Source: Octopus sinensis | Lineage: Eukaryota | Reading direction: 5' to 3' | Assembly: GCF_006345805.1 (NCBI RefSeq) | Contig: NC_043009.1 | Span: 63,984,001 to 64,048,000, forward strand | DNA: 64,000 bases | Program-made: the position numbers and the translations under genes | Shown: piece by piece, positions 23,381 through 35,844 of the stretch | Numbering within the stretch: position 1 is the first letter of the stretch | How the letters are laid out: each line of letters opens with the position of its first letter | The notes under the pieces: generated by a model | What the model was told of the DNA's origin: nothing | What the model saw: the letters and a program-made list of their open reading frames with translations, nothing else | The model's database searches: none

Positions 23381-23857
23381 ATTATCATCATTTAATGTCC
23401 ATTTTCCATGCAGGCATGGGTTGCTCAGTTTGACAGGAGCTGCCTGCTTTGTCAAGGGTTCTATGGCTGGATGCCCTTTCTGACACCAACCACTTTACAA
23501 ACCATAGTGAGTACCTTTTACACGGCACCAGCATACATGCCTTCTATGTGGCATGGGTCTTTCTGATGTGGAACCAGCATGGATGCCTTTTACATGGCAC
23601 CAGCACAGGTGCTTTTGCATGGGAGCCTGCAAGACAAGGACTACTTGCTTGATGGAGAGACATGCCTGTATGTATGGATGGCCACGATTTTACTTAGCTT
23701 GACGTGTCTTCTCAAGCACTGCAAATCACCACAAGTTTCTGTCCTTTGTCATCTCCTCAGTGAGGCCCAGTGTTTGAAGTTCCTTCCTCACCACTTGTCC
23801 CACGTCTTCCTTGGTCTATCCCTTCTACATATTCCCTCCATGGTTAGACATTGAAAG

Positions 23858-24213
23858 TGGAGGCACAATAGCCAATGGTTAGGGCAGAAGACTCATGGTT
23901 TTGATTCCCAGACCGGGTGTTGTGAGTGTTTATTGAGCGAAAACACCTAGAGCTCAACGAAGCTCCAGCAGGGCGTGGTGGTGGCAAACCCTGCTATATT
24001 CTTCCACCACAAGTTTCTCTCACTCTTTCTTCCTGTTTCTGTTGTACCTGTATTTCAAAGGGGCCAGCCTTGTCACACTGAATCTCCCCAAGAACTACGT
24101 TAAGGGTAAACGTGTCTGTGGAGTGCTCAGCCACTTGCACGTTATTTTCAAGAGCAGGCTGTTCCATTGATTGGATCAATTGGAACCCTTGTCGTCGTAA
24201 TCAACGGAGTGTC
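23858..24213 (+). mobile_element. tRNA-derived SINE family E
   Basis: tRNA-like head gtggaggcacaatagccaatggttagggc; 3' part recurs at about 35845-36080 (-) and 59425-59635 (+). Confidence 0.7.
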
Positions 24214-24735
24214 ATGAGATAATGAAACTTCTTTATGCAACAATTAGGGATTGGCACTTCATTATGCAATTATGTCAAGTTTCAAAAACAATTTAGCATA
24301 AACTGCAGGATTGCTCAATACATTTTTGCAGATGACATATTTATTATACTTTATAAGAATTCAATGAATGCTAGGTCAAAACTTCGAAGTCACTGTTATC
24401 ACTATTCTTGTAAAAGAATGTGTATATATATATATATATAAAGACAGCTAGGATTATAACCCTATCTACATACTATATGAGTGAGTATTTTCATCTCTCT
24501 CTCTCTCCCTATATATATATACATACACACACACAAACATAACAATGGCATACTTGATGTTGATGTACTATCAACAGCCACAAAACTGCAGTATTTGTCT
24601 TGAAATGAAAAAGCTTCTTGTACAGATATATAGTGCTAAACACTTTTGAGATTTTGCATAATTTATAGTTGAATAAGACATGGTTAGATGTTCCAAATAT
24701 AAAATAAAAGAAGAATTATTGAAGAGTAAATCAGT

Positions 24736-24741
24736 TTTATT
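24736..24741 (-). terminator. putative poly(A) signal of g4
   Basis: Minus strand AATAAAactgatttactc, same conserved block. Confidence 0.6.
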
Positions 24742-25059
24742 TATATTTTAATTTGAGATTTACACTTGAAATGACAAAATGCTTGAGATAATATGGTCCA
24801 ACACTGACAATGGACATAAAAATATTGGTTGATGATAATTCAAAGATTTCTCTACCAATTTTGTTTTTATGTAAAGTTTAATACTACAATGACACTTGCA
24901 AATGAACAGTAAATTTCTCCATAGTCATGAAGGAACCATACTATAGATAAAAATCATATATATATTACCAATAACTTGATGGAATAAATACAAGAATATA
25001 CTTAATATACATATAAAAAATAAAAGCTTTTAGTGAGAATGATAACCACAAATATCATT

Positions 25060-25474
25060 CATATGGTCCGTCTTATGTAAGAATACATATGTGGTTAGTT
25101 AAATGATCCTGTTGAAAGAATGATTTATCACAGATATTATTTCAGTGATAGAGTTTTGCTCCTGTATGAATATTTTTGTGCTGAGTTAATAGCTTAATGT
25201 ATGAACATGATTTATCACATATATCACAATGACATGGGTTTTCTTCAGTAAATGTTTATGCTTCTTCAAATATACATTTCAAATGAATGCTTTGCCATAG
25301 ATATGAACAATGAAGTGGTTTTTTCTTCAGTATGAATACATTTATCATCAGTCAAGGAATTATTTTGAAGGAATGATTTACCACGTGTATCATAATAGCA
25401 TGGGGTTTTCTGAGGTACGAATACATTTGTGTACAGCTAAGGCATTACTTTGAGGAAATGCTTTACCACAGATT
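25060..25474 (-). pseudogene. heavily decayed finger tail of g4 (now 3' UTR)
   Basis: About 5 finger remnants with frameshifts and stops ([40 protein letters not shown]). Confidence 0.75.
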
Positions 25475-26188
25475 TCATAAGGGTATGGGGTCTTTTTCTA
25501 CAGTCTGAATGCATCTATGTCCTTTTAAGGCACTACTTCGAACAAATGCTTTACCACAGTTATCACAATGAAATCGTTTTTCTCCAGTATGAATACGTTT
25601 GTGTCCAGTCAATGAACTATTTTGGAGGAATGATTTACCACAGATATCACATTGATATGGTTTCTCTCCTGTGTGAATATGCTTGTGTATGGTTAACTCA
25701 TCATTTCGGGAGAATGATTTGTCACAGATATCACAGTGATATGGCTTTTCTCCTGTGTGAATACGTTTGTGTTTAATTAGCTGATTACTTTGATTAAATG
25801 ATCTCCCACAAAAATTACACTGATAAGGTTTCTCTCCAGTATGAATGCGTTTGTGATCGGTCAGGTTAGTACTTCTGGAGAAAGATTTACTACACATATC
25901 ACACTGATATGGTTTCTCTCCTGTGTGAATACGTCTGTGTGTAGTTAAAATATCTTTACGAGCAAATGATTGACCACAGATATCACACTGATATGGTTTC
26001 TCTCCTGTATGAACACGCTTGTGAATAGCTAATTCACCACTTCGATAGAATGGTCTACCACAAATATCACAGTGATATCGTTTGTCTCCTGTATGAATAC
26101 GTATATGATGAACAAGATTAGCCTTTGAAGCAAACGACTTTTCACAGATATCACATTCATATGAAGACTTTGCTAAGTTTTTTGCCAT
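25475..26188 (-). CDS. C2H2 zinc-finger gene g4, 7 intact fingers plus a degenerate 8th, frameshift-truncated
   Basis: [12 protein letters not shown]...; frameshift in the linker after finger 8. Confidence 0.85.
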   Translation of the reverse strand: MAKNLAKSSYECDICEKSFASKANLVHHIRIHTGDKRYHCDICGRPFYRSGELAIHKRVHTGEKPYQCDICGQSFARKDILTTHRRIHTGEKPYQCDMCSKSFSRSTNLTDHKRIHTGEKPYQCNFCGRSFNQSNQLIKHKRIHTGEKPYHCDICDKSFSRNDELTIHKHIHTGEKPYQCDICGKSFLQNSSLTGHKRIHTGEKRFHCDNCGKAFVRSSALKGHRCIQTVEKDPIPL

Positions 26189-26749
26189 TTCTTAATAATG
26201 AAAACTATCAGTATTTCAATTCACAATATATGAATATGGTTGTTGATTTTTTTTTCTATAATTTATTTCAAACAAATATTCCTTCAACTATATGTCCATC
26301 AACTGTACTGCAAAGTCCTTTATAAATTTGGCTAAGTCCATTTAGAATGCAAAATTATTTTGTATTTATTCCAGACATGGATTATAAAAGTGTTGCTAAT
26401 AATCTCACTCCGAAGAAACCTTTCACCTTAATTCACCAGATTTTATATAAACATGGTTGTATTGGTTCCATATAACATTTTCCTTTTGTCTCTTTAAGAT
26501 GATAAATATTGATGATGCTTCTGATGTAAAAAAAAGGATTTTCTATATCAGGGTCACATGGTATTCTGAAACAATAAAGAAAAGGTCGTAAGATATAGAG
26601 GATATTTAAACAGTGTAGAATCCACAGCAGAAATTTAATTAATTGTAAAAGTAAACCTTTATCTGAATTTATTCAGTGCATTTGAACATTTTAACGAGTA
26701 TATTTATATTATAAAAGAGAAGCGAAATACATATATTAGATATATATAT

Positions 26750-27228
26750 CGGAATCAGAATCGAAATTGAACCAATCCTATGACTGGCTCCCGACAGTTG
26801 CCAGTACCGCTGGACTGACTCCTGTGCAGGTGGCAAGTAAAGAAACACCATTTCGCCCCTGTGCTTGAGGACCTATTGAGTCAAGTACACCAACATCAAA
26901 AATCAATGGAAACTGTAGTTGTGATCCCTGTGCCGGTGGCACGTAAAAAGCACCATCTGAACGTGGCCGATGCCAGCGCCGCCTTGACTGTCTTCTGTGC
27001 TGGTGGCACGTAAAAAGCACCAATCCGATCGTGGCCGTTGCCAGCCTTGCCTGGCATGTAAAAAGCACCCACTAAACACTCGGAGTGGTTGGCGTTAGGA
27101 AGGGCATCCAGCTGTAGAAATACTGCCAGATCAGACTGGGCCTGATGCAGCCTTCTGGCTTCCCAGATCCCAGTCGAACCGTCCAACCCATGCTAGCATG
27201 GAGAACGGACGCTAAACGATGATGATGA
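26750..27228 (+). mobile_element. family B (RTE 3' UTR/tail) with gtgccggtggcacgtaaaaagcacc subrepeats
   Basis: Subrepeats plus ccatgctagcatgg...(gat)n tail. Confidence 0.85.
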
Positions 27229-28304
27229 TATATATATATATATATATCATAAAAAATGTGTCTTCAGACCGAAATTTTTGCTTAAATTCTTGCAATGGTC
27301 CACCCTTTGGTGCATCATCATTCCATTAAATGTAATCGGGGAGGGGGGGAGGATATTGAGAAACATCAATAAGTAACAAAGAAACGAGGAAGGTATCAGG
27401 TGGCTGTGAGATATGCTAAAAATAACAGCTAAATCACCCTTAAATTACACAGACACACTTTTTTTTGCATAATCATATGAATTCCCGAGTGTAGAACAGA
27501 GATTCGCAAATATTTTCTGAAAATTTCCCAAAATAAAGAAGTTGTGAGGGGTTACATGGATGCTTAAACCAGAATTCTGCCAAAAATTTTCCCGAGGGTA
27601 GGGAGAGGAGTTACGGAAAATTCACGTATATGAATGTACATGTGAGTGTGTTTTTCCCCACCATCGCTTGACAACCAACGTTGGTTTGTTTATGTCTTCG
27701 TAACTTGGTGAGTTCGCCAAAAGAAACCGATTGAATAAGTACCAGGTTAAAAAAAGAAACGTAGTAAATGTGGTTTCGGTTTTATCATTAGTGGTGACTT
27801 TACACAATTTAAAAACATTTACTTTTTCTGTAGAATAGGAAAAAAGGAAATAAAATCACGTTTGACTGTCAGGCTGAGAAGAAAACTTTCCAAACAAGTG
27901 ATCATGGGTTCGATTCCACAGCATCGCCAGAAGTCCAAGAAATGAAACAAAAACATAATGGCAAAAGTGTGGTTGGAACGAAAGATATTTTTAAAAATGC
28001 GACATCGAAGAAATAATTTTTCAAGAATGGAATGGTAATTTCAGGACGAAGGGGAGAAAGGATTTGTCGAAATGATGGGTTATTAAATGCAAATTAGAAG
28101 GGTTATAATTGTTTCATAATGTGGAATACAAAAAGTAACGAAAAGAAATCGTGAAAAGTGGGAAAAGGGGCGTGCTTTTTTTTTTTTTTTTCTTTCTAAA
28201 TGCGAATTAGAAATTATTCTTAATGTGGAATATAATAGAATGACGAAAAATTATTAAAAAAGAAAAAAAATCATCAGCAATTCCGAAGGCTCAACAGGGA
28301 GGAA

Positions 28305-28350
<46 letters not shown>

Positions 28351-28672
28351 GTGAAAGAGAGAGAGATTTCAAAAACAAGCGAAAATACATAAAGACTGTT
28401 TTTTTAAAAAACGCAATTTACATGTTTTGCATTATGCGATTCTAATAAAATACCGAAAAATGCCAAAGAAGAAAGAAATAGACCTCCAAGAAGCTCCATT
28501 TCATTGGTGATAGCGATTCCGAAAGCCACTCATTTTGACAAAGGAAATTACGATTCTGATACAACATTTTGGCGGATTATCGTAAAATATTAAATTGAGG
28601 AAAGGGAAAAAAAGCCCCTCCCAATTCTTTGTCCTTTTCTTTTATATAAATTTCAACACCATAAATACTCAC

Positions 28673-28766
28673 TCCTCGTTTTGTCTTTATATTCTCTTTG
28701 ATAAATTCAATTAAGACGAGAGAAAGTTCTTCACCGGAAATGGTTATGTTAGATGCTGGGCGGAAG
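28673..28766 (-). promoter_or_regulatory. putative non-coding exon 1 of g4; donor at 28672, acceptor at 26567-26566
   Basis: Reverse-complement paralog of 13515-13607 with GTGAGT. Confidence 0.7.
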
Positions 28767-28847
28767 TAATAAAATCTGGATAAACATTTATTATCATAAA
28801 TACTAGCATACCCGTGTCGTCAAAAATGCCCACAGTTTTATTAATGA

Positions 28848-29223
28848 CTAGCAGTATCGCCCGGCGTTGCTCGGATTTGTAAGGGAAATAACTATATAAG
28901 CATTTTTAGAGAGTTATAGCCAAAAAATGCATTAAAAATGGAAAAAAAATGATGGTAAATTTTTTTTTAAATCGTTGACATTTTTAGAGAGTTACTTCCC
29001 TTACATAATAGCGAAAAAATGCATTAAAATGGAAAAAGATGATGGTAAATTTTTTTTTAAATCGTAGACTCATCGTGGACGCGCGCTAATACCCAGAAGG
29101 GCTCGATATGAATCACGACTATAAGATACCCGGTTTTGGTTAAACTGCACCGCAAAATGTGGGAATAGTTAGGAATCTAAATCGTAGGAGACAGACACAC
29201 AACCTCTCTTTTATATATAAAGA
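28848..29223 (-). mobile_element. non-autonomous Helitron
   Basis: A|TC...CTAG|T on minus strand; near-identical to 12942-13332. Confidence 0.9.
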
Positions 29224-29859
29224 TATAGTGGCTCATCAACACAAAGGAACAAAGCATTGCTAAATTTCAGCTATGCTGGGATCTAATCACGTTGATCGGC
29301 AGGCCCCACTCTTCTTTTGTTGTCATTATATATATATACACACACACGTTTATATATATATGATTTTATATATACACACATTTATATAGACATCTCTCTA
29401 TATATACGTATGTATGCTTTGACATCTCTCTCTATGTATATATATGTTATATGAGCAATATTTTGAAAACATAAGTGTTTAATATTTAACTTCATCTAAT
29501 ATAATAAATGCGATTGTCTGTGTGTCACACTTTTCCACCTTTACTGCTAGAGGCCGTAGGCCAACATATAGTATTTTGGGACCAGGCCAATTTTGTAAGT
29601 GAATTAAAAACATTCCGGGCCGAATCCAGATCAGCAATCCCAAAACTTTGGATTCCCAAATTTTTATTTGTGGGCGAACAAAAAGTAAATAAAAGTTAAG
29701 GGGAGATAACTAATAAAAGAAGCGAAGGGAAGTCAGTCAAATGAGTTCATATCACACCAAAATTTAGTTTAGTTTGGAATTGGAAATCGATCGAGATGTG
29801 ATGTGGAAGACCAGCGGCACTGCAGTTGGTTGAACCCGAGTGGAAATCCTTAATCACAA

Positions 29860-30679
29860 GACAATATTAGAAGAATCGTGGAATATTTCTAAATTTCCAG
29901 AAACATGTAACAAACAACATTCTTCAATGGTTGGCACGACGCCGTTCAGTCATGAACAGGTATACCCGTGAAAAGGTGGCGAGCTGGCAGAAACGTTAGC
30001 ACGCCGGGTGAAACGCTCAGCAGTATTTCGTCTGTCGCTACGTTCTGAGTTCAAATTCCACTGAGGTCGACTTTGCTTTCATCCTTCCGGGGTCGATAAA
30101 TTAAGTACCAGTTACGCACTGGGGTCGATGAAATCGACTTAATCCGTTTGTCTGTCCTTGTTTGCCCCCTCTGTGTTTAGCCCCTTGTGGGTAGTAAAGA
30201 AATAGGTATTTCGTCTGTCGCTACATTCTGAGTTCAAATTCCGCCAAAGTCAACTTTGCTTTCATCCTTTCGGGGTCGATAAATTAAGTACCAGTTACGC
30301 ACTGGGTCAATGTAAACGACTTAATCCGTTTATCTGTCCTTGTTTGCCCCCTCTGTGGGTAGTAAAGAAATAGATATACCTGTGAATATTGCGATTCACC
30401 ATGTGGCCTTATCACACTTGGTGACATTATTGGCAGAAAACTTCGGTACTACAAGCTTTGTAAAACATGAAAATCAATCCGTCACAGGTCATACTTTGAC
30501 AAAAGCCACATGCCCCTTGTATAACGCCCTTTTAATCGTTTATTGTTGGTCACGCGATATCTTGCAAAATATGATGCATGGATCTTCTATACAAAGAACT
30601 AAGATTGTAGATTGGAGTAATTTCTGTCGACCAATATGTGATGCTTGGCTCGAACAAAATTCAATGCAAATTGGTGGCA
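29860..30679 (+). mobile_element. Merlin/IS1595-like transposase N-terminal fragment (interrupted by SINE)
   Basis: LLIVYCWS...KIVDWSNFCRPIC...MQIGG, the segment that precedes VEIDES in ISXO2/Merlin transposases. Confidence 0.65.
29973..30374 (+). mobile_element. dimeric SINE family C (Meta/MESC-like core)
   Basis: Head GGCGAGCTGGCAGAA..GAGTTCAAATTCC, core catcctt(t)cggggtcgataaattaagtaccag present twice; TSD tatacc[c/t]gtgaa 29961-29972 and 30375-30386. Confidence 0.88.
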
Positions 30680-31112
30680 GACTTCAGTTTCCAATGTGAG
30701 TGAGCTGTGCACTGTCAATCAATAAGGTCCCAAGTACAATCACTGAAAGTAACTGGGCCTCGTCTGATGGAACCCTACTTTTCTCACGGCCAGCTCTATG
30801 TTGGTTGTTCAAGGATTAAGAATGGAAACAAGCTATTTGTATTGATCACAAAAGGGAAAACCAAAAATGCTGTTTATCCTGCAGCTTTGCAATAAGTTCT
30901 AAATAGACAAATTATATCATTGTTTTGATGAAAACTTGTTTGTAAAATATTGTTCAAGTTTAATAAAATTTAATATGTACTCAAAGTATGAAGTGTCGTT
31001 GCTGAGCCCGAGGCCCAATAAAGAGATCTCTGCAGGAGCTAGCAAAAAGCCACCCAACAGAGTGACTTTTAAGCTAAATATATTTATATATATATATTTG
31101 TATGTGTGTCAA

Positions 31113-31507
31113 TACTCTTTTACTTGTTTCAGTCATTTGACTGCGGCCATGCTGGAGTACAGCCTTTAATCGAGCAACTCGACCCCGGGACTTATTCTTT
31201 TGTAAGCACAGTACTTATTCTATCGGTCTCTTTTGCCGAACCGCTAAGTAATGGGGACATAAACACACCAGCATCGGTTGTCAAGCAATGCTAGGGGGAC
31301 AAACACAGACACACAAACATACACGCACACACATATATATACATATATATGACAGGCTTCTTTCAGTTTCCATCTACCAAATCCACTCACAAGGCTTTGG
31401 TCGGCCTGAGGCTATATAGTAGAAGACACTTGCCCAAGGTGCCACACAGTGGGACTGAACCCAGAACCATGTGGTTGGTAAACAAGCTACTTACCACACA
31501 GCCACTC
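31113..31507 (-). mobile_element. SINE family A
   Basis: Near-identical to 6303-6704. Confidence 0.9.
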
Positions 31508-32422
31508 AAGAGTAATAACTAAGTACAACTTACAGTTTATTTTAATCAAAATACCAGCATCTCCAGAGCAAGACCTTTGGATGCTGTTCCCCTGCCTTCA
31601 GTGTCTCCATCACTCACTCCCACTCTGTTTGTTGTTGTACTCCTCTCTCTCCTCAGTGTGACTGATGAGACACACACACTGCATATTATTATTATTATAT
31701 GTAAGATAAGAAATAAGAGAAGCAAGCTGGCAGAAGTGTTAGCCTTTCAGGCAAAATGCTTAGCGGAATTTCCTCAGTCCTCTGGTTCTGAGTTCAGATT
31801 CTGCTGAGGTTGACTTTGCCTCAAGGCACGAGGTGAGGTGGGGGGAGGGGGGGGGCAGAAACAAGGTGCACGAGCTGGCAGGGCTTTGCAAGAGTTAGAG
31901 AAAACAGCTATAAAGATTGGGTTGAAGGGAGTGATGGATGAGGCAGAAGAAAGATGCAGAAGAGAGCAGCAGGAGGCTAGTGATGACGATACACAAGAGA
32001 AAAGATGACACGTGGCTGGGTAGGCTGCAGGGGATGGGGGAGAGAAGCAAGTACAATGCCTGAGGAGAGATAATTTGTTGGACGTGGTGGGACTTGATCG
32101 ATGTAATATGTGGGTATAGGGAACACTATTTATGGATGAAGAATGGCCAACCAATGAAATGGTTCCAGGTCGCCAGAAATAAAGTGGTGTCAAGGGAGAG
32201 AGAGAGAGATGATAGGAGTCAGAATGAGCCGAGGAGATTCGGTGAGGTGCGTATTTGTGCACGGATGTGAAATGATGATATACGTCTGCAGGGGTGACAT
32301 CCCATCACTATTTACTTTTATGCAGCTCCCACCGATTCTTTCTCACTTTTCCCCTCGAGATGTGAGGAGTCGTATATATCACCAAAACATTTCTCTCATG
32401 CCTTAAACCTCATCTCCTAGCA

Positions 32423-32700
32423 TATCATTATCATTTAACGTCCGTTCTCCATGCTAGCATGGGTTGAACAGCTTGATCAAGGATCTGGGAAGCCAGAAGG
32501 CTGTACCAGGCTCCAGTCTGATCTGGCAGTGTTTCTACAGCTGGATACCCTTCCTAACGCCAACCACTCCTGCCACCCATTTAGGTTTTCTAGCCTTGTA
32601 GTGTTGCATGCCAACCCCACTGGTGCCAGTGGCATGAAAAAAGCACCCAGCACATACGCGATCGTGTCAAATAGTCCAATGTCTTGCCAGCATAGAACAT
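32423..32700. mobile_element. family B fragments in both orientations
   Basis: Minus-strand tail with ccatgctagcatgg, then plus-strand gtgccagtggcatgaaaaaagcaccc. Confidence 0.7.
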
Positions 32701-33658
32701 GTACTGTAAATGATGTGAAGGGTCATGTTCGTATACTCAGACTTTTGTATATGTAATTGTACGTGTTGAGTGCTTATTTACAGTTGTGCGCGTATGTTTC
32801 ACCGATACGGTGCACATGAAATCCACTACGAATACAGTCACAGCATATGCACATACGTACGCATTTACTTTTATTATTTTTTTAATTAGAAATGACTGTA
32901 ACAATTAGGAGGGTGATAAATTGAAAAAAGGACGAGTGTTGTGGATTTAATTTCAATTTCTTGTTTTAGTCAACATCTTGCTTGATTTTTACCAAGTTCA
33001 ACTACTGATTTCATTTACCTGGGGTTAATAATTAACAGTAATATACCGTGGTTAATGTATGCCACTCTCCAACACCTCATTCCACAAATATTTGTAATTT
33101 TACTCTACTGAAAATGTAAACCTAATCCATTGTCTTTAAAATATATCAAAAGTGAAATGAAAATATGCCAATAAATTTGTTGCTTTAGGCAAAGTTCTGC
33201 AAGGAAACCATTATATGTTACTGTTACTAACTTCTATTGGTTCCTCATTCAAATAGAATCAGCACAATAACTCAACTCACAACAATGCCTTCCTTAAGCT
33301 AAGTAAAGAAGAATAAATATCCAGACTCCTTGTTTACAACTGTAAATGTTAGGATGTGCACATTCTTTTTGAAAAAATATTTTCACTATTTGTAAGCTGA
33401 TGAGAAATGTCCATTCAGCACATCAATGTACTGATAATTACTGTTCATACAATGCTGACAGCATTCCACCAAACAAATAAGATTTCCAGTAATTCAGTTA
33501 TTCTACCTCTAAAAATATCCTTGTCTTATATGTACCTTTTGTGTTGCCATGTTGATATAAACAGCAATCAAACATATAAGTTTTTATACCACAATATGTA
33601 TTCAAAATACATATGATGAAATCACATTTTAACATTATCTGAGAATGAGAAATATATT

Positions 33659-33881
33659 CTGTTGTGTCTGGGGAGAGTCATTTTCTTTTTGTGCCTTATT
33701 ATGTAACACTTACCAGTAAAATTTCCACTTCTTTCTTATTTTTATTGTCCTAAAACTACTGAAAAGTTTGCAAGATGCAACGAAAATTTTAGGAAAATAA
33801 AAATAAGATAAAGTGGAAATTTTACCGGTAAGTGTGTTATATAATAAGGCACAAAAAGAAAATAACTCTTCCCAGACACAA
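33659..33881. repeat. foldback MITE / long hairpin (about 90-bp arms)
   Basis: ttgtgtctgggagagtcattttctttttgtgccttatt...cctaaaa mirrored by ttttagg...aataaggcacaaaaagaaataactcttcccagacacaa; one arm recurs at about 62545-62663. Confidence 0.85.
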
Positions 33882-34338
33882 GAGAATATGCTTCAACACA
33901 CAAACTCATATAAAGAATTTTGCAAACCAAATTCCAAAAGGGAAATAGATTGCTTTTAGGCAGCCTTTGACTTGTCTCCCATCAACCAACTCACTAAATC
34001 ACATCTCAACTGAAATCATTACAAGACTTGGTTAGATGTTCTAAATACAAAACAGGAGAAAAATAATTTAAGAGTGAACCAGTTCTATTTAGATTCCAAA
34101 CTGTTATGGATACTCACTAAAGTTGGTGCGTCAGAATTCTGGAATTTGAAATTTACAGTTAAAATGATGAAATGTCTGAGAAACATTGACAATGGACACA
34201 AGAATATGACTCCACACACTTTGTATTATGTAAAGTTTAATACCACAATGACACTTGCAAAATAACATAGCCATGACTTCTCCCATATGAATACATTAGT
34301 TAAAAGATTACTGTAAGAAAAACAATCTACCTCAATTA

Positions 34339-35301
34339 TCACAAATGATATGATTTCTCTTTAGCATGAATACGTTTGTGTACAGTTACCGCAGTACGTT
34401 GAGAGAATGATTTACCACAGATGTCGCAATGGTAGGTTTTTTCTCCAGTATGAATACGTTTGTGTCCCTTTAAATCATAACTCCGAATAAATGATTTACC
34501 ACAAATATCACAATGAAATGGTTTTTCTCCTGTGTGAATACGTTTATGATCAGTCAAAGAATTATTTCGAGGAAACGATTTACCACAGATATCACAATGG
34601 TACGGTTTTTCCCCTGTATGAATGCGTTTGTGTCCCTTTAAGATACTACTTTGAACAAATGCTTTACCACAGATATCACAAGGAAATGGCTTTTCTCCAG
34701 TATGAATTCGTTTGTGTCCTGTCAAGGCACTATTTTCATGGAATGTTTTGCCACAGATATCACACCGATAAGGTTTCTCTCCTGTATGAATGTGTTTGTG
34801 TACAGTTAGTTCGTCATTTCGAGAGAATGATTTCTCACAGATATTACAGTGATAGGGCTTTTCCCCTGTGTGGATACGTTTGTGTTTAATTAGCTGATTA
34901 CTTTGATTAAACGATTTACCACAGAAGTCACACTGAAATGGTTTTTCTCCGGTATGAATGCGTTTGTGATCGGTCAGGTTGGTACTGTTGGGGAATGATT
35001 TACTACACATATCACATTGATATGGTTTCTCTCCTGTGTGAATACGGATGTGATTAGTTAAAATATCTTTACGAACGAATGATTGACCACAGATATCACA
35101 CTGATATGGTTTCTCTCCTGTATGAAGACGTTTATGAATAGTTAACTCACTATTTCGAGAGAATGATCTACCACAGATATCACAGTGATATGGTTTCTCT
35201 CCTGTATGAATACGTATGTGGATAGTAAGGTAACCTTTTGTAGTGAATGACTTTTTACAAGTGTCACACTCATATGAAGACTTTGCCAACTTCTTTGCCA
35301 T
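34339..35301 (-). CDS. C2H2 zinc-finger gene g5, 11 fingers
   Basis: [12 protein letters not shown]...; a 1-nt insertion (tat cat Ttg tga) ends it at the start of finger 12; SYSNLLT..IHMGE remnant follows. Confidence 0.93.
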   Translation of the reverse strand: MAKKLAKSSYECDTCKKSFTTKGYLTIHIRIHTGEKPYHCDICGRSFSRNSELTIHKRLHTGEKPYQCDICGQSFVRKDILTNHIRIHTGEKPYQCDMCSKSFPNSTNLTDHKRIHTGEKPFQCDFCGKSFNQSNQLIKHKRIHTGEKPYHCNICEKSFSRNDELTVHKHIHTGEKPYRCDICGKTFHENSALTGHKRIHTGEKPFPCDICGKAFVQSSILKGHKRIHTGEKPYHCDICGKSFPRNNSLTDHKRIHTGEKPFHCDICGKSFIRSYDLKGHKRIHTGEKTYHCDICGKSFSQRTAVTVHKRIHAKEKSYHL

Positions 35302-35844
35302 TTCTTTAGAATAAAGAATAAGTCATTTAAACAATTTTTCTTCTTTCACTGAAGTATGTTTTTTATTTTCCTTTTTATATTTCTAACAAACACACCTTCT
35401 GTTTTGTGTCCATCAACTGTGATCTATGCTGCAAAGCCGTTTATAAATCTAAGTTTATCTACAAGACAAAAATTATCTCTCATTTATTCTAGACACTGAC
35501 ATACACAAATATTGCTAATAGTTTCACTCAGCGGAAACATTTTATCATAATTCATCAGTTTTATATAAACATGGTTACAATTATTCTGCGTAACATCTTC
35601 CGTTGTCTTTAAAAGATGATAATTATTAATGATGCCTCTGATGTGATAAAAAGACAACTTTATACCAGTTTGAACCAGGATCCTGAAATAAGAAAAACAG
35701 TGTAAGATATAAAGGATACTTAAACAGCAGAAATTTTATTTTGTTTCAATATTGATAAATTGTAGACATGAACGTTGAATAGAACAACTGAATTCCTGAA
35801 GTCTATCTATATTTTTACATTCTATCATAACAATTAATCAGACA

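Larger units (their letters stand above)
29495..31042 (+). mobile_element. internally deleted Helitron (boundaries tentative)
   Basis: A|TCTAATATAATAAATGCG 5' end; PIF1-type helicase C-terminus at 30680-30895 (RLQFP..SINK..FSHGQLYVGCSR..KTKNAVY); CTAG at 31039-31042. Confidence 0.6.

Noticed and set aside
31774-32262. 162-aa Ser/Pro-rich minus-strand ORF
   Set aside because: Low-complexity, pyrimidine-rich retroelement-like UTR running into a SINE; no recognisable domain
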